This document shows positions 20,460-28,519 of a stretch of 64,000 bases of DNA, piece after piece (position 1 is the first letter of the stretch; the number at the start of each line of letters is the position of its first letter). The position numbers and the translations under genes are program-made. The notes beneath the pieces are model-generated. The model made no database searches, had not been told where the DNA came from, and saw only the letters and a program-made list of their open reading frames with translations. Origin of the DNA: Oceanispirochaeta sp. (lineage in GTDB: Bacteria > Spirochaetota > Spirochaetia > DSM-2461); contig CAXXXD010000001.1 of the NCBI GenBank assembly GCA_963663385.2, forward strand, positions 512,001 to 576,000. The letters run 5' to 3'.

Positions 20460-20635
20460 TGCCTAAAACAGCGCCTGTACGGTGAATTGATTCCATTCTC
20501 CTATCCGGTCTCGAAGACCATTGAATGTTTCGGTCACGGCTCTTCATTCTCCTGTACGGTCTCGGAGACCAGTAAAAATGGCGAACAGTAACCTGGCTGT
20601 TCTAAACGATGTTTAGAACATTGTATCAATCCACA
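20460..20635 (-). ncRNA. Candidate IS110 bridge RNA (boundaries approximate)
   Basis: About 210-nt non-coding end upstream of the recombinase: a 10-bp hairpin (20598-20620), then two GGTCT(C/T)CGAGACC hairpin modules carrying target-matching and donor-matching segments. Confidence 0.7.
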
Positions 20636-20699
20636 AGCCTATGAAGACTTTTTATCATTCCTCCTGTTAATGCCGAATAATTCTGGTAGGGGGCATTTC

Positions 20700-21155
20700 C
20701 TATTCATTGGAATTGTCCTGCTTCAATAGCTGATCAATTATCAGCAGCAATCTGCTTACCAGCTGGGGAGATCCGTGAAATATAATTTTCCCCTTCAGCT
20801 CTTCTTCAAAATACATAAAATCAAATCTGCCTTGACCGTCTTCCGGGAGTTTAGAGTTCATTACTGCATTTATAGTATTGGAAATTCTCATAGCCTGATC
20901 CTTTCCTCCAATAAAACAATCAATAACCGCTGTTGTAAGAGGGGACTCCCTGATTTCAGAACTCTCCGGTGTATATTGTGGTGATTCCCTGATCTCTTCA
21001 CCTGTATACACGCTTAAATCGTGTCCGCTTATCCTGTAACTTCTACCGACTTTTGTTGCCGTTAATTTGCCCTCCCGTATAAAACGCTGGACTGTTTTTT
21101 CATGAAGTTGCAGCAGTTCTGCTGCCTGTGCAACTGTATACCAGACTTCTTTCAT
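20700..21155 (-). CDS. Excisionase-like HTH (HTH_17) regulator
   Basis: YTVAQAAELLQLHEKTVQRFIREGKLTATKVGRSYRI; upstream minus-strand TTGACA-17-TAATGT. Confidence 0.85.
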   Translation of the reverse strand: MKEVWYTVAQAAELLQLHEKTVQRFIREGKLTATKVGRSYRISGHDLSVYTGEEIRESPQYTPESSEIRESPLTTAVIDCFIGGKDQAMRISNTINAVMNSKLPEDGQGRFDFMYFEEELKGKIIFHGSPQLVSRLLLIIDQLLKQDNSNE

Positions 21156-21355
21156 TCCTTAAAACTCCTTAATGAGTTGCGATAAGTAACATTAGGATGC
21201 ATTAGCCTTCTTGTCAAGAAGTTTTGGGGAATCTTTTGGGGGAAATGAAAAATAATACCTGTTGTTTGTATCAAATCATTTGATCGGGTTTATTGATCAT
21301 CTGAGGGGTTAGGCAAACAACGGATCTGAGGTATTTCTTATGTGAGGAATTCGGA

Positions 21356-22021
21356 CTATCGTATCAGATGCCGGGTATATCCGGCATCAATAAGCAGCTT
21401 ATAGGCATTAAATACCCTGTCCGGAACATCCTGGACGGTCTGAAAACCAAGGGACGGGTATTCAATTATCCTCTGTAAATCTCCTGTCATTAAATGGATC
21501 AGTTCATCCCGGCTTATTTCATCATTCGGATACTCATCGAAGCTCAGGGGAGGGGATGTAACAATCAGCTCCTTCTCCGGCCAGTGTATTTTAATGGTGG
21601 CATAGGCCCGACGTTCCATATAGGGTTTCTGAACGGCCAGTATTCTGTGATGGGGAATTCCCCTCTCTTTCAGGATCTTTTCGGAAAGCAGAACATTCTC
21701 TCCTGTATTCTGAGCGTGGCATTCAAGGATCATCTTCTTCCGGGGAACTCCTGCGGCTGCGGCCCTGTCCGCAAACATCTCCGCTTCACTTTTCCTCCAG
21801 CCTGTCTCCAGTAAATCTCCGTGATGGGCCTCTCCCCCGGAAAACAGTATCCGGGGAGCCAGCCCGTTCAGGAACAGGGAGGCCCCATAATCCGCGACTC
21901 TCAGGTCATGGCTGCACAGTACAAAAATCAGGTCGGCATTTTCTATCGTATGATTTATATGGTGGTAATCCCAGAGAGTCCAGGCGGCTGCTTCAATTTT
22001 CATATCTTGTCTTTCTTTCAT
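21356..22021 (-). CDS. YdcF/DUF218 family protein
   Basis: ILFSGG, SEAEMF, AQNTGENV and VQKPYMERRAYAT motifs. Confidence 0.85.
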   Translation of the reverse strand: MKERQDMKIEAAAWTLWDYHHINHTIENADLIFVLCSHDLRVADYGASLFLNGLAPRILFSGGEAHHGDLLETGWRKSEAEMFADRAAAAGVPRKKMILECHAQNTGENVLLSEKILKERGIPHHRILAVQKPYMERRAYATIKIHWPEKELIVTSPPLSFDEYPNDEISRDELIHLMTGDLQRIIEYPSLGFQTVQDVPDRVFNAYKLLIDAGYTRHLIR

Positions 22022-22283
22022 AGGTAAATCTTATTGTAAAATCGTTTTTTTTGCATCATTTCGGTTTGACTATCCATTGGATTTGTCATCAGGCCTTATA
22101 TATTCTGAAGAAGATAGGAATCATTCCAATGGTGTTTTTTCTAATCTTGTCTGCCGGCGGCAGGATGCCAGGTTCAGGGAATCCATATTGTGGTATCTTT
22201 CAATAATTTTCGATACATCTGTCTGTTGTTCTTCTCAGGTCGGAATAAATGTTTTAAGCGGAATCAGTTTTGCATTTTACCGG

Positions 22284-22600
22284 TTAATATCGACAGTCGG
22301 TCCAGAAGGCTGTTCCAATAATGTTTATGCAGATCACAGGCTGAAGAAGGATAAAGTAGCGCAAGCCTTTGACGGCTGTGGGGATAGTTGGCGTGGATGA
22401 ATGGATAAACATGGAGATAAAGAAAACAGGGAAGCTCTGCAGGACAATAAATACGATCATAGCAAAGCTTATGGATACCCTCGTTTCCATCACCAGGGAG
22501 TACTATTCTCATGTAGTTTTCGGTCAGACCCAGTACCTCGCTGTTGGCTCCAAAAAGGGTAAGAATACTAACTATAAGCAAGCAGGATAGTGATAAATCT
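22284..22600 (-). pseudogene. Degraded MATE efflux transporter fragments
   Basis: ILTLFGANSEVLGLTENYMRIV is joined out of frame to SFPVFFISMF..PTAVKGLRYFILL; these resemble two distant MATE segments. Confidence 0.45.
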
Positions 22601-22809
22601 TACCAATATCAAGAGATTTGAAATCTAACTAATAATAACATCAGATTTATCCAATTGAACATTGTATTTCAGTTGAAAATGACTTGAGGAAGTATATATG
22701 ACTGTTTTAATAATAAACAAATATTCCATATTATTCCTGGTTTTTTTATATACGGAGAGTTTTTTCCCCGGTAATCTGCCTACAGAAAGAAGTTACAATT
22801 TTATCCTTT

Positions 22810-22970
22810 CAATAGGATCCGTATGGATATTTTAATAAGTGATGTAAGGGAAACAGGTTGGAATCCTGTACAGCAGCCACTGCCGTAATTGCTTACGATG
22901 ATACGTTATAACATTGGGAAACCGAGAAGTCGTGTCGGAGAAAAAAGCATAAGTCGGAAGACCTATCACG
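22810..22970 (+). ncRNA. Cobalamin riboswitch
   Basis: AAGGGAA-CAGGTTGGAATCCTG-ACAG..CCACTGCCGTAA, B12-box-like CATTGGGAAACCGAGAAG and 3' AAGTCGGAAGACCT; lies upstream of transport and cbiK genes. Confidence 0.88.
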
Positions 22971-23020
22971 TTTTGGTAATTTTTCGGGCAGTGGAAAATT
23001 TATTACCAAATCAAAAGAGT

Positions 23021-23045
23021 AATGCCCGAGAGGGCATTTTTTTTT
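23021..23045 (+). terminator. Riboswitch-controlled intrinsic terminator
   Basis: AATGCCC-GAGA-GGGCATT followed by a long T tract. Confidence 0.85.
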
Positions 23046-23112
23046 AGTGCATATCATCAATATGGCTTAATTCCGCCATATCGGTTGAAAAATGTTTTAT
23101 AAGGAGTTTTAA

Positions 23113-24624
23113 ATGAGAAAACTGACATTAATTCTATTATGTCTGTTTGTTTCAGGCGGTATGCTTATTGCCGGAGGACAGAAAGATGTCCCCGTAGCGG
23201 ATACGGAGATAATTGCAGGGACTTATGAGGGCCTCAGCCATGGTTTTCACGGAGACCTTCCCGTAAGTGTTGACGTTGACAGTACGGGAAAAATTGTATC
23301 TGTTTCGGTTGGAAAAAACAGCGAAACAAAAAACATTGGAACTTTGGCCATAGACAGGATCCCCGGGCAAATTGTTGAAAATCAGTCCTTTGATGTTGAC
23401 TCCATCTCCGGGGCGACAGTAACAACCAAAGCCATTCTTGCGGCAACGGCGCAGGCTGTTGAGCAGGCCGGGATGAATCCAGCAGATCTGGGGTATGTGG
23501 CCCCTAAAGCACCTGCATTTGAAATGGTCAGATTTGATGCCGCTGCACTCCCTGTAAAGTCAGAAAAAACCGGGACGGTTACTGTTACCGATGCCAGAGG
23601 GCGGGAAGTTACCATCGAAACCCCCATTTCCTCCTATGGAATAAGTACTATGGATGTCATCGACTTTATTATCCCTTTTATGGGAGAAGAGGCATTTAAA
23701 ATGCTTGTAGCTGCCGGTCAGGACGGAGGGGGTGGTATTCAGCGCTATGCCCGTCTGTATTCACCCATAGTAGGAAATTACAACGAACATGTGGGACAGA
23801 TCTCCGAGCATAACGCCCCCTTTGATCTCGAGATGATACTGGCAACCGATCCGGATGTAATATTTATCAATGCCGCCATGGGCGCCCACGGGCATGCCAT
23901 GGATATTGAAGATCAGCTGGATGCGGCCGGAATCCCTTTTGTCTGTATCAGTATTCCCGGTAAGGATGTCAGCACAGCCTCTCAAAAGGCAATCGGTCTG
24001 ATTGCAAAGGTTTTTCAGAAAGAAGAGGAAGCACAGGACGTTATCGGTTTTATTGATGATCAGTTTGCCGTCATCAATGAGAAAGATCTCCAGAACCGGG
24101 ACGATAAACCTCTGGTTTACTATGAAAAGGGGGGGCATGAAGAGATTTTCGGCAGAACAAGTACCAGCGCTCCCGGCGGGTGGGGGCATCTTGTGACCTA
24201 TTCCGGAGGGTTCAATATTGCCGATCCCCTGCTGTTTGATACCATAGCCTGTAAAGCAACGGGAAATACACTTGATCCTGAATATGTTCTTGAAACCAAT
24301 CCGGATTATGTTGTGATGTCCGCGGCAGGAGATGCCTGGATGACAAACTTTTCTGATGACCCCACTCCTGATATCAGTTTCGACATTGTTAAACGTATCG
24401 GATGGAATGAGCTTAAGGCGGTACAGAATGATCAGGTGTATGACCTGTCTCATGCCATGTGGCGTTCTGTTTACAGTTTCAATGCCTGTCAGTTTATGGC
24501 CAAAAAATTCTATCCGGATCTGTTTACGGATCTTGATCCCGACGCTGTCATGGATGAGTTCTTTGAACGGTTTATGCTTACCGACAGCAGTATTACGCGA
24601 TGGACTTTCAGTATTGACGAATGA
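23113..24624 (+). CDS. ABC substrate-binding protein (BtuF/FecB-type) with an N-terminal FMN-binding domain
   Basis: Signal peptide; residues ~35-120 FMN_bind-like with DVDSISGATVTT; then TVTDARGREVTI, EMILATDPDV and WNELKAVQNDQVY (class III binding protein). Confidence 0.8.
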   Translation: MRKLTLILLCLFVSGGMLIAGGQKDVPVADTEIIAGTYEGLSHGFHGDLPVSVDVDSTGKIVSVSVGKNSETKNIGTLAIDRIPGQIVENQSFDVDSISGATVTTKAILAATAQAVEQAGMNPADLGYVAPKAPAFEMVRFDAAALPVKSEKTGTVTVTDARGREVTIETPISSYGISTMDVIDFIIPFMGEEAFKMLVAAGQDGGGGIQRYARLYSPIVGNYNEHVGQISEHNAPFDLEMILATDPDVIFINAAMGAHGHAMDIEDQLDAAGIPFVCISIPGKDVSTASQKAIGLIAKVFQKEEEAQDVIGFIDDQFAVINEKDLQNRDDKPLVYYEKGGHEEIFGRTSTSAPGGWGHLVTYSGGFNIADPLLFDTIACKATGNTLDPEYVLETNPDYVVMSAAGDAWMTNFSDDPTPDISFDIVKRIGWNELKAVQNDQVYDLSHAMWRSVYSFNACQFMAKKFYPDLFTDLDPDAVMDEFFERFMLTDSSITRWTFSIDE

Positions 24625-25655
24625 ATGAAAATCGACTGATTTATAGTAAAATGATCAGCAGAAGGATCACTATGATAGTGGTCCTTCTTGTTGCAGTCTT
24701 CCTGCTTTTTCTGGTGAATATTTCCATAGGTTCATCCCGAATCCCGATGATGGAAATTTTACAGATTCTGTTTACCGGAGAAGGATCAGGTCATAAAGAT
24801 ATGATTGTTATTAATGTACGGCTTCCCATGGCGTTGATGACCATTGCCGTGGGGATCTGTCTGGGAATCGGAGGGTGTGAAATACAGACCATACTGCGCA
24901 ATCCTATAGCCAGTCCCTATACACTGGGTATTACCAATGCTGCAACATTTGGAGCAGCCCTCGGACTGATAAACAATACAACGCTGCCCTGGATTCCGGA
25001 AAAACTGATGGTAACCGGGAATGCCTTCCTTTGTGCCGTTTTCGCCTCTGTCTGCATTTTTGCATTTTCCAGAAAGCGGGGAGCCAACAAGAATGCCATT
25101 ATCCTTTTTGGAATGGCCATGAATTTTATGTTCAGCGCCCTGACAATGATTATGCAGTATATTGCGGATGATGAAGACCTGAAGAGTCTTGTCTTCTGGA
25201 GTATGGGAAGTATGCTGAAATCAACATGGGGTAAATTCTGGGTTGTTTTTGCTGTTCTTATTTTCAGTATCATTATTCTTGTTAAAAACAGCTGGAAGCT
25301 GACCGCCATGACCCTTGATGATACAAAGGCAAAGAGTCTTGGCGTAGATACGAATGTTCTGCGGCGAATGGTAATACTGATCTGCTCCCTGATTACAGCT
25401 GTTGCGGTTAGCTTTGTGGGAACTATAGGGTTTGTGGGAATCATAGCGCCCCATATAGCCAGGCAGCTTGCGGGAGAAGATCAGCGTTTTTTCATGCCCC
25501 TGGCGGCACTTATCGGTGCACTTGTTCTGTCTGTGTCTTTCGCTGTGAGTAAAGTGATTATTCGGGGAGTTATCTTTCCGATCGGACTTGTAACGGCGGT
25601 AATAGGTATTCCTGTCTTTATGTTTATAGTGTTTAAAAAGGCAAGGTCATTCTGA
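24621..25655 (+). CDS. FecCD/BtuC-family ABC permease
   Basis: VRLP, ILRNPIASPYTLG and GTIGFVGIIAPHIAR motifs. Confidence 0.93.
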   Translation: MNENRLIYSKMISRRITMIVVLLVAVFLLFLVNISIGSSRIPMMEILQILFTGEGSGHKDMIVINVRLPMALMTIAVGICLGIGGCEIQTILRNPIASPYTLGITNAATFGAALGLINNTTLPWIPEKLMVTGNAFLCAVFASVCIFAFSRKRGANKNAIILFGMAMNFMFSALTMIMQYIADDEDLKSLVFWSMGSMLKSTWGKFWVVFAVLIFSIIILVKNSWKLTAMTLDDTKAKSLGVDTNVLRRMVILICSLITAVAVSFVGTIGFVGIIAPHIARQLAGEDQRFFMPLAALIGALVLSVSFAVSKVIIRGVIFPIGLVTAVIGIPVFMFIVFKKARSF

Positions 25656-26503
25656 TGATTAAGGTCGAAAAGCTTACATTTTCCTATACAGGTATAAAGA
25701 GTTCCCAGCCCGTATTCAATAATCTCAGTTTCAGTTTCAAAAGCGGGTTTAATACCATTCTCGGACCAAACGGAGCGGGGAAATCCACCCTTCTGATGTC
25801 TCTGTTCGGCTTGTTGAATTACGAAGGAGAGATCTTTTACGGCAAGCGGAATCTTTCGGAAATGGGATCGGAAGAGAGGATCAGACAGATGTCCTATCTT
25901 CCGCAGATGGATATCGATACGTCCATGCTTTCGGTTCTGGAGATGGTTCTTCTGGGTCGTCTGCCCGAGCTGAAAAGAAAAATCTCAGACAGAGATCTGG
26001 ATATTGTTATGCGTATTATGAGACAGCTGAATATAGACTCTCTTGCTCAAAGAACATTCAGTGAGCTCAGCGGGGGACAGCAGAAGCTGGTCTTTATTGC
26101 CCAGACTCTTGTACGGGAACCAGGACTGATTCTTCTGGACGAGCCGATTAATTCACTTGACCTGCAAAAGCAGCTGGAACTCTGCCACCTGTTAAAACAG
26201 ATTGTAAGAAATGATTCTGTGGATATTATAACTGTATTGCATGATATTAATCTTGCTTCCAGATACTCGGATCACATTGTTATAATTGACAGAAACGGAG
26301 AGTATTACAACAGCGGGACTCCCGGAGAAACAATAACGGAAACAATGCTGCGGGATGTTTACGGGGTCATTGCATCGGTAAATTATGATGAGCATCAGAT
26401 CCCGATTGTGTCGCCCCTCCGGTCTGTCCGTATTGATGAGGAGGAAGTCCGGAAAAAAGAGATGGCCCGTGTTCCCGTGTTATTTTCAGGCCGTTCAATT
26501 TAA
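25655..26503 (+). CDS. ABC ATPase (iron-chelate/cobalamin type)
   Basis: GPNGAGKST, LSGGQ, LLDEP and LHDINLA motifs. Confidence 0.93.
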   Translation: MIKVEKLTFSYTGIKSSQPVFNNLSFSFKSGFNTILGPNGAGKSTLLMSLFGLLNYEGEIFYGKRNLSEMGSEERIRQMSYLPQMDIDTSMLSVLEMVLLGRLPELKRKISDRDLDIVMRIMRQLNIDSLAQRTFSELSGGQQKLVFIAQTLVREPGLILLDEPINSLDLQKQLELCHLLKQIVRNDSVDIITVLHDINLASRYSDHIVIIDRNGEYYNSGTPGETITETMLRDVYGVIASVNYDEHQIPIVSPLRSVRIDEEEVRKKEMARVPVLFSGRSI

Positions 26504-26538
26504 CAGATAAATCAGAAAATATTCAGGAGATAAATAAC

Positions 26539-27318
26539 ATGATTAAGAAAGGAATACTGCTGGCCGCTTTCGGAACTACCTACAATGCGACGGAAGAGAA
26601 GTGTATTACCCCTATGATAAGACTTACGGAAAAAATGTTTCCGGACTATAAGGTTTCAATTGCCTACACCTCGACCATTGTTATTAAAAAACTGGTCCAA
26701 AGGAACCGGAATATCTCCCTTCCTCTGGAGGAAGCGGAGAAAATGCTGGCTGCCGGTATTAAAGAACTTATTGTCCAGCCTCTGCATTTTATGAAAGGCC
26801 ATGAGTTTGATAAAAAGATTGTAGAACCACTTGAATCAGTCAGAACCCGATTTGAGAAATTTTCCATTGGGAATCCCCTGCTTTCGGAAGAGCAGGATTT
26901 TTTGGAGACAGCAGAAGTCATCAGGAAACTTTCCCTGTCTGTGAACAATGAAAAGATACTTCTTATGGGGCATGGAACGGATCACCCGGAAGACCGGGTA
27001 TACGGTTTGATGCAGGAGTCTCTGTACCGGAAAAAGGTTAATGCGGAAATTGCCACGGTGGAGGGGGGAATCACCTTTGAAGATGCTCTTGAACGAATAA
27101 AAAAAACCGGAACAGAAAAGGTGCACCTTTTTCCCTTTATGCTGGTTGCTGGTGATCATGCCAGTAATGATATGGCGGGAGATGACGATGACAGCTGGAG
27201 GAACAGACTTCTTCAGGAAGGTATTCAAGGGGTTCCCCATCTTCAGGGTCTGGGTGAGTCCGAACAAATCCGTGAGATGTTTATCTGCCATATCAAGGCT
27301 TGTATGAAACAGCAGTAG
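26539..27318 (+). CDS. cbiK: Sirohydrochlorin cobaltochelatase
   Basis: LLAAFGTT, AYTS, MGHGT and MLVAGDHASNDM motifs. Confidence 0.92.
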   Translation: MIKKGILLAAFGTTYNATEEKCITPMIRLTEKMFPDYKVSIAYTSTIVIKKLVQRNRNISLPLEEAEKMLAAGIKELIVQPLHFMKGHEFDKKIVEPLESVRTRFEKFSIGNPLLSEEQDFLETAEVIRKLSLSVNNEKILLMGHGTDHPEDRVYGLMQESLYRKKVNAEIATVEGGITFEDALERIKKTGTEKVHLFPFMLVAGDHASNDMAGDDDDSWRNRLLQEGIQGVPHLQGLGESEQIREMFICHIKACMKQQ

Positions 27319-27329
27319 GGAGATGTAAT

Positions 27330-27743
27330 ATGGAAATAGTGTTCAAACCAATTGGCTTTATCCGGTCCCCTTATAAAGACAGGGCGGAAATCCCCAAACA
27401 GGGCGCACATACCGAAACGGAGGGAGAAGTGATTCTGCAGGATGAGCTTATCCGGGGATTGAAGGATCTCGACTCTTTTGAACATATTGTCATTCTCTTT
27501 AATTTTCATGGATCAGAAGGGTATGAACTGCTTCAGCACCGCAGGGGGGACAGAACAACAGAACCGGTAGGAGTCTTTGCGACCCGTTCTCCCTTCAGGC
27601 CTAATGGCATCGGAATGTCCATTGTTAAAGTTGTGGATATTGCTGAAAACAGAATCCGCTTTAAAGGTGTGGATATGCTGGATGGCACCCCTGTTCTGGA
27701 TATCAAGCCGTATATAGAGGGGCTTAATCCGGGCAATGAATAG
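27330..27743 (+). CDS. tsaA: TsaA/TrmO-like SAM-binding protein (short form)
   Basis: PIGFIRSPY, GVFATRSPFRPNGIGMS and DGTPVLDIKPY motifs. Confidence 0.85.
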   Translation: MEIVFKPIGFIRSPYKDRAEIPKQGAHTETEGEVILQDELIRGLKDLDSFEHIVILFNFHGSEGYELLQHRRGDRTTEPVGVFATRSPFRPNGIGMSIVKVVDIAENRIRFKGVDMLDGTPVLDIKPYIEGLNPGNE

Positions 27744-27977
27744 GGCGGGACTTGTTATAGCTGCCGTGTTATAATACAGCTGTGATTCTGCAACCCCCGG
27801 GGTGTAACGTAACCCGGATTATTATCCTTATTCCTTTTCTCCTGATTCTGAGTCTCCAACTGACTGCCCAGAGCGGCACAGATCATTCAGTATGGGTCTT
27901 AGTATTTCCCCCTATTACGATCAGTGATGTGTATCTGAAAAAAATGGGAACCTTGAAGGGTGAGAGGATTCCAGATC

Positions 27978-28445
27978 TTAACTGACAAATTCGGCCCCAA
28001 AGGCCTTAAAGCGATCTTCATCGGCCCGGGACAGGGACTTTCCCTTCGTTACGCTTGCAGGTGTTCCTGCCCTGCCTATAGGGCCATCCTTGTAATTATC
28101 GCATCCTTTGCTGCTCAAAAGTCTTCTGATATGATCCAGGGTGTTTTTTCCACCCGCAAAAGCATGAACGGCAAATCCTCCACATTTCTTATGCTTGAGA
28201 CATTCTTCGGGCAGTTCCTGAAGCACATTGACAATAGGCTTGGCCGCTGCGTCCTTGGCAATGACACCGGCCCAGCAGGGACTTCCAACAATAAAAGCAT
28301 CGCAGTCTTCAATCATAGAGTCTTTGAAATCTTCTGTGGTAACGACTGTAACTTCCGCTCCTGAGGATTTCAGTCCTTCGGCCATGGAAGTCACTGCTTC
28401 GAGGGTATGTCCTGTTTTTGAATAATAGAGTACGAGTACTTTCAT
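27978..28445 (-). CDS. Flavodoxin-family protein
   Basis: VLYYSKTGHT FMN loop; IVGSPCW. Confidence 0.85.
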   Translation of the reverse strand: MKVLVLYYSKTGHTLEAVTSMAEGLKSSGAEVTVVTTEDFKDSMIEDCDAFIVGSPCWAGVIAKDAAAKPIVNVLQELPEECLKHKKCGGFAVHAFAGGKNTLDHIRRLLSSKGCDNYKDGPIGRAGTPASVTKGKSLSRADEDRFKAFGAEFVS

Positions 28446-28519
28446 AATTTTATTCCTTTTCTGTATATAATTGTGTATGATTTAATAGAAACATAGTAAG
28501 TTATAAGTGTTTTGAATTT

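Larger units (their letters stand above)
19285..20660 (-). mobile_element. IS110-family element inserted in the hydrolase Shine-Dalgarno sequence
   Basis: 10-bp subterminal inverted repeat ATAAAAAGTC (19285-19294) / GACTTTTTAT (20646-20655). CTCCT is present at both junctions (19280-19284, 20661-20665). The exact crossover point within CTCCT is unresolved. Confidence 0.85.

Noticed and set aside
20446..20547. 34-aa N-terminal extension of the IS110 ORF
   Set aside because: The DEDD domain starts at MKMSIGVD with its own RBS; the extension overlaps the structured non-coding end.
20494..20580. Twin repeats as a mini CRISPR array
   Set aside because: There are only two units, they lie inside an IS end, and no cas genes are present; bridge-RNA loops explain them better.
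27782..27985. 67-aa ORF with a signal-peptide-like stretch
   Set aside because: It has no RBS or family motif that I can support; it may be a gene remnant.
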